From assembly GCA_048886685.1 (NCBI GenBank), contig JBHLKM010000003.1, positions 261,548 through 325,547 on the forward strand: 64,000 bases of DNA, read 5' to 3'. Under the pieces are notes generated by a model. That model was given only the letters and a program-made list of their open reading frames with translations, was not told the origin of the DNA and ran no database searches. The position numbers and the translations under genes are program-made. Source of the DNA: Candidatus Hodarchaeota archaeon. Lineage in GTDB: Archaea > Asgardarchaeota > Lokiarchaeia > Sigyniarchaeales > SOKP01. Each line of letters begins with the position of its first letter. Within the stretch, counting starts at the first letter, position 1. Of this stretch, positions 59,885-64,000 are shown piece by piece.

Positions 59885-61087
59885 ATGAATTTTGATATTA
59901 GAGATTATAATTTATTTGATGAATTTGGACCAGAAAAGATAATATTTTTGAATAATCCAACTGTTGATATGAATGCGGTATTAATTATTGATAATACTGT
60001 CTATGGACCTACAGGTGGTGGCGTGAGATTCGCTCCAGACATTACAGTTGATGAAATGATTAGACTAGCTCGTGCTATGACTCTAAAATTTTCTACCTAT
60101 AATATCCCAGTAGGTGGGGCAAAGTCAGGAATCTGGGGAGATCCTCTTGATTTACAGAAAAAAGATATTTTACTTTCTAGCTTTGCAGACTCAATTGAAC
60201 TATTTGTTAAGAGTGATATATATTACCCGGGACCTGATATGGGTACGGATGATAATGATCTTATTAAAATTTTTAAAACTCTCAAATTACCAAATCGAGC
60301 ACCTAAAAAAATCAAATTAATTAAAATGGGGATACCCGTAGAAGAACTATTCACCGGATATGGAGTGGTATATTGTTTAACGACAATCTATGATAATATT
60401 GAAAAAATCATAATAAAACACATTCATAAAAATCACAAACCTCGTGTAATCATGGAAGGATTTGGTAAAGTTGGGACCGCTTTAGCAATGAGTTTAAATG
60501 AGATTGGTTATAAATTAACAGGTGTTTCTACGATAAATGGTGCTATTTTCGATGAAGATGGTCTTAATGTGGAAGATCTAATTAAATTAAAATTAACCTA
60601 TGGTGACCAATTGGTTAATCAATACGAGAGTAAGAATCTAGTCAGAGTTCCTAAAGAAAAATTGTTTGAATTATCTTCTGAGTATCCTACCGAGTTTATA
60701 ATTCCAGGTGCCCGTCCTGATGCAATTAATAAAGAAAACGTCGGTAAAATTCAAGCATTATCAATTGTTCCAGCAGCTAATATTCCTTATGAGAAAGGAG
60801 TGACAGAAACATTAAAAGATATGAATATCATAGCATTTCCAGACTTTGTGGTAAACGCTGGAGAGGTTTTGGCACTCAATTTTAGTTTTAATAGAGCCGT
60901 CCAGAATGCAGACGAGATTTTTGAATATATCAAATCAAAAATCACTGAAAAAACAATGGAAGTAATTCAAGGTGCTGCTGAAGAAAGAATCTCACCCTAT
61001 AATTATGCTGTTGAAAATGCTCTAAAAGAAATTAAGAAAAGGCTTCAAAAAAAGAAAAAATCAATTGAAAAACTTACTAAAAGATAA
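59885..61087 (+). CDS. Glu/Leu/Phe/Val dehydrogenase
   Basis: GGGVRF, MTLK, GGAKSG, PDMGT, GFGKVG, PDFVVNAG. Confidence 0.9.
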   Translation: MNFDIRDYNLFDEFGPEKIIFLNNPTVDMNAVLIIDNTVYGPTGGGVRFAPDITVDEMIRLARAMTLKFSTYNIPVGGAKSGIWGDPLDLQKKDILLSSFADSIELFVKSDIYYPGPDMGTDDNDLIKIFKTLKLPNRAPKKIKLIKMGIPVEELFTGYGVVYCLTTIYDNIEKIIIKHIHKNHKPRVIMEGFGKVGTALAMSLNEIGYKLTGVSTINGAIFDEDGLNVEDLIKLKLTYGDQLVNQYESKNLVRVPKEKLFELSSEYPTEFIIPGARPDAINKENVGKIQALSIVPAANIPYEKGVTETLKDMNIIAFPDFVVNAGEVLALNFSFNRAVQNADEIFEYIKSKITEKTMEVIQGAAEERISPYNYAVENALKEIKKRLQKKKKSIEKLTKR

Positions 61088-61105
61088 TAAATTCAATTAT
61101 TTAAT

Positions 61106-62008
61106 TTAACTAAGAACAAATCCATCTTCTTTTTGTTCAATTATATTTTGAGAAACAAATTTATCAAAATGCTTCTCAATCATTACCATTTCTGATAATA
61201 CTTCAAAATTTTTGAAGGTATATCTTCTGTAAATTAGATTCTTACCTTTAAGATCTATTAAACGAGTAGATTTGCTTTCAGATAAACTTGCCAGTATTCT
61301 TTCATCCCTTTTATATATAACTGATTGGAAATTATCTAGTTCTTGTTTTATATTACTTCTACCAAAAATTGGATCCCTATGTCCTAAAATAGCAACTTCA
61401 ATGTCAATACGCTTGAGCTTCTCAATTGACCGTTCAAAATCCATTAAATTTGAGTCAATCGTTGCATAATAGGGAAACCGAGTAAGATCCATATCACCAA
61501 AAAATGCGATTCTTGAATTCATTTCATAAAATCCGCAATGTCCTGCCGTATGACCTGGTGTAAAAATAGTTTTCAACCTTAAATCGTCTCCAATATTAAT
61601 AATTTCCTCATCTTCAATAGTTTTATGGATTTTTACATTCTTCAATCTATAAAAATCTAAAATGGTCTGGAATTCATTAGCAGCTACTGTATTTTCAACA
61701 TTATAATAAGGGATAATCAAGTCTACATTTTCGATAGGATTTTTATCCTTGATGTGGCATAAAAATTTTGATTTTTCCAAGAGGCCATTTCCAGAAATAT
61801 GATCCTCATGCCAATGGCTTAAAAGTACAAAGTTAATCGGAAATTGTTTTTGAACTTTTATTAAATAATTAGCAGAAATTCCTGTGTCTATTAAATGATC
61901 TCCAATGAGTAAAGAGTGAGAGAACGGATAATTCCCATTTCTATCTCCGTTAACAAAATATATATTTTTAAATTCTTCAGAAAGTGGTTTTATAAAGTCA
62001 TACATCAC
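61106..62008 (-). CDS. Metallo-beta-lactamase fold hydrolase
   Basis: LIDTG, SHWHEDH, TPGHTAGH, GD, GH. Confidence 0.9.
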   Translation of the reverse strand: MMYDFIKPLSEEFKNIYFVNGDRNGNYPFSHSLLIGDHLIDTGISANYLIKVQKQFPINFVLLSHWHEDHISGNGLLEKSKFLCHIKDKNPIENVDLIIPYYNVENTVAANEFQTILDFYRLKNVKIHKTIEDEEIINIGDDLRLKTIFTPGHTAGHCGFYEMNSRIAFFGDMDLTRFPYYATIDSNLMDFERSIEKLKRIDIEVAILGHRDPIFGRSNIKQELDNFQSVIYKRDERILASLSESKSTRLIDLKGKNLIYRRYTFKNFEVLSEMVMIEKHFDKFVSQNIIEQKEDGFVLS

Positions 62009-62205
62009 AATACAATTTTAAAAAAGTTTGAGAAACTTAAAGGATGTAATTTTCATAAAGTTTTGTATTAAATTTACCTAATAAATAAAATTATAGGAGT
62101 TTTTATGGTTTTTTATAAATAAACACTTAAGATATATCTAATGAAAACAAATAAATAAGAGTTTAAAAATTTATAACTAAAAACCAAACTGTAGGTCTTA
62201 AGAAT

Positions 62206-62370
62206 ATGTATTATTCTTGCCCGAAATGCTCTTCGAAAAAAACCGAAACTTATAAATTATTTTCTCCAATAACTGCGAAGCGTTTAGAATGCGGATACAT
62301 AAACATAGAAAAAAAAATTATTAACGAAGAAGAGCGTTCTTCAAATACACTACTCAATTATTCTCATTGA
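62206..62370 (+). CDS. Small Zn-ribbon-like ORF (54 aa), possibly degenerate
   Basis: Read from sequence: MYYSCPKCSSKKTETYKLFSPITAKRLECGY...; below ORF-track cutoff. Confidence 0.4.
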   Translation: MYYSCPKCSSKKTETYKLFSPITAKRLECGYINIEKKIINEEERSSNTLLNYSH

Positions 62371-62480
62371 GTTATTATAATTCTATCTTTTTTTTAAAAA
62401 AAGGCTTCAAGCGGTATCTACAATAGTATATTATAACATAAAAAAATGAAAAAAAAAGATTTTTATTTTCTATTACTGAA

Positions 62481-62657
62481 TCATTTTAAAGCATAATAGC
62501 ATCGTTTAGGAGAAAATACTTTTCCTTCTTCTCTTAACTCTTTTATAAATTTAGAAACCTTCTTAGATTCAATCCCGAGTTCTTTTGCTATATCACCCGG
62601 ACGAAGTGGCTTATCAGTGTTCTTAAAAATTCCTAAAACAGCATCTTTATCCGACAT
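62481..62657 (-). CDS. Small winged-HTH protein (58 aa)
   Basis: Read from sequence: MSDKDAVLGIFKNTDKPLRPGDIAKELGIESKKVSKFIKELREEGKVFSPKRCYYALK. Confidence 0.8.
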   Translation of the reverse strand: MSDKDAVLGIFKNTDKPLRPGDIAKELGIESKKVSKFIKELREEGKVFSPKRCYYALK

Positions 62658-62885
62658 GTTTTTTCAGAATTGATAGTTTGAATTAATCTATAAAATTATT
62701 GTTGTTATTAAAATTAAAAATAATTTATTCTATTAATACAAAAATGGTCTAAATTAAGATTTAGTAAATATTAATATACGAATTTAACCCTTCTTAAATT
62801 AACAAAGAATATTAACCTTTTATTTAAAAACACAAATTTATAAAAAACTTCTTGTATAATATAAGAAAATTTAGTCGATTTTATA

Positions 62886-64000
62886 ATGAAAAAAATCCTA
62901 AAGGCAAATTTAACCAAAACTATTTCAATACTTTTAATTTTTCTGATAACTTTTCCATTAATCTCGCAATTTATAGTGATCCCTAGTAATCATAAAGATA
63001 AAGATAAAAGTTTAGAACCTAAGCTAAATGCTCCAACAATTATAATATATGAACCAACAAACAATTCTCTTTTTAGTGACACTTCTCCTAATTATAACCT
63101 AACAACAACAGATCCACAAGGAATAAATACAACTTGGTATCAATTAAATAACAGTACGGATTGGTCAGGAAATTTCACTTTTAGTGGATCAACAGGTCAA
63201 ATAGATCAAAATGCTTGGGACTTGTTCGGAAATGGAACTGTTACTATTCTGTTTTACGCTAACAATACATTAGGGGAGGAATCTTTTAACTGGATTACAG
63301 TAAGAAAGGATATAATAGCACCAGTTATTACGATCAATTCACCAACTCCCAACCAGTTATTTGGAACCATTTCTCCTGATTACGATGTAACAATTACAGA
63401 TCCCTCGGGGCTAAATACAACTTGGTACCAACTACATAATGGTACTGATTGGTCAGGAAATTTCACTTTCAGCGGATCAACTGGACAAATAGATCAAGGA
63501 GCGTGGGACTTATTCGGAAACGGGACAGTTACAATTCGGTTTTATGCCAATGATAGTGCGGGAAATCTTATATGGGAGGAAGTAGTTGTGAGAAAAGATA
63601 TTGAACTTCCAACAATTACGATCAATTCACCAACTCCCAACCAGTTATTTGGAACCATTTCTCCTGATTTCGATGTAACAATTACAGATCCCTCGGGGCT
63701 GAATACAACTTGGTATCAATTACATAATGGTACCGATTGGTCAGGAAATTTCACTTTTAGCGGATCAACTGGACAGATAGATCAAGGAGCGTGGGACTTG
63801 TTCGGAAACGGGACGGTAACAATTCGGTTTTATGCCAATGATAGTGCGGGAAATCTTATATGGGATGAAGTAGTCACGAGAAAAGATATTGAAGTTCCAT
63901 CAATTACAATTGATTTACCAACTCCTAACCAATTATTTGGAACCACTGCTCCTGATTTCGATGTAACAATTACGGATCCCTCGGGACTAAATACAACTTG
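62886..64000 (+). CDS. Secreted surface glycoprotein with tandem Ig-like repeats; 3'-truncated
   Basis: MKKILKANLTKTISILLIFL signal, then repeats P.ITINSPTPNQLFG...TWYQL...AWDLFGNGTVTIRFYAND.AGN...RKD; absent from the ORF track because there is no stop in the window. Confidence 0.85.
   Translation, partial: MKKILKANLTKTISILLIFLITFPLISQFIVIPSNHKDKDKSLEPKLNAPTIIIYEPTNNSLFSDTSPNYNLTTTDPQGINTTWYQLNNSTDWSGNFTFSGSTGQIDQNAWDLFGNGTVTILFYANNTLGEESFNWITVRKDIIAPVITINSPTPNQLFGTISPDYDVTITDPSGLNTTWYQLHNGTDWSGNFTFSGSTGQIDQGAWDLFGNGTVTIRFYANDSAGNLIWEEVVVRKDIELPTITINSPTPNQLFGTISPDFDVTITDPSGLNTTWYQLHNGTDWSGNFTFSGSTGQIDQGAWDLFGNGTVTIRFYANDSAGNLIWDEVVTRKDIEVPSITIDLPTPNQLFGTTAPDFDVTITDPSGLNTT
63030..64000 (+). 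repeat. 288-bp (96-aa) intragenic tandem repeat, more than 3 copies
   Basis: AATACAAC recurs at 63126, 63414, 63702 and 63990; copies 2-4 are nearly identical at the DNA level. Confidence 0.9.

Noticed and set aside
376-61469. Numerous 60-150 aa ORFs antisense to or nested in long genes (e.g. 13895-14338, 24947-25285, 50537-50926, 38050-38298)
   Set aside because: Shadow ORFs of well-supported genes, with no motifs of their own.
63030-64000. Tandem repeats as a possible CRISPR array or mobile element
   Set aside because: 288-bp in-frame coding repeats with no spacers.
1-64000. Selenocysteine UGA read-through, tRNAs, rRNA, transposases
   Set aside because: No gene looked truncated at a catalytic-Cys UGA, and no tRNA/rRNA-like GC-rich tracts or transposase motifs were seen by eye. 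tRNAscan-SE and a SECIS search would be needed to exclude them formally.

Overview
AT-rich archaeal chromosome segment that reads as Asgard (Lokiarchaeia-like), based on archaeal information-processing genes (TFB, rpo7-spt4-DUF359-rps24e-rps27ae-kae1-bud32, rps6e, rpl24e, rpo10, rpl7ae, rps28e) interspersed with eukaryotic-signature-type genes (Rab- and Arf/Rag-like GTPases, two Roadblock/LC7 proteins, two gelsolin-like proteins, HEAT/alpha-solenoid proteins). Metabolic genes include acs, E1 alpha/beta, aroA', fae-hps, leuA-C-D, pdaD and a deoxyhypusine synthase homolog. I saw no rRNA, tRNA, CRISPR array or transposase. The strongest unannotated signal is a 36-codon Leu-rich upstream ORF (53006-53116, minus strand, ending in four tandem UUA codons) between a TATA-like box and the leuA-leuC-leuD operon. 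It is followed by mutually exclusive base-pairing segments, one complementary to the leuA ribosome-binding region, making it a candidate leucine-sensing ribosome-dependent attenuator in an Asgard archaeon. Other highlights: several genes, including rpl7ae, that appear to start at AUU/AUC 6 nt after an SD-like motif; a TrmB-like protein split by a ~520-aa helical insert with a central KKGFFW motif; a CoA-transferase-GNAT fusion lacking its catalytic residues, divergent from acs; and a pair of membrane proteins with similar ectodomains, one with an HFS motif and one with a cytoplasmic wHTH. All calls come from reading motifs by eye; no database searches were run.
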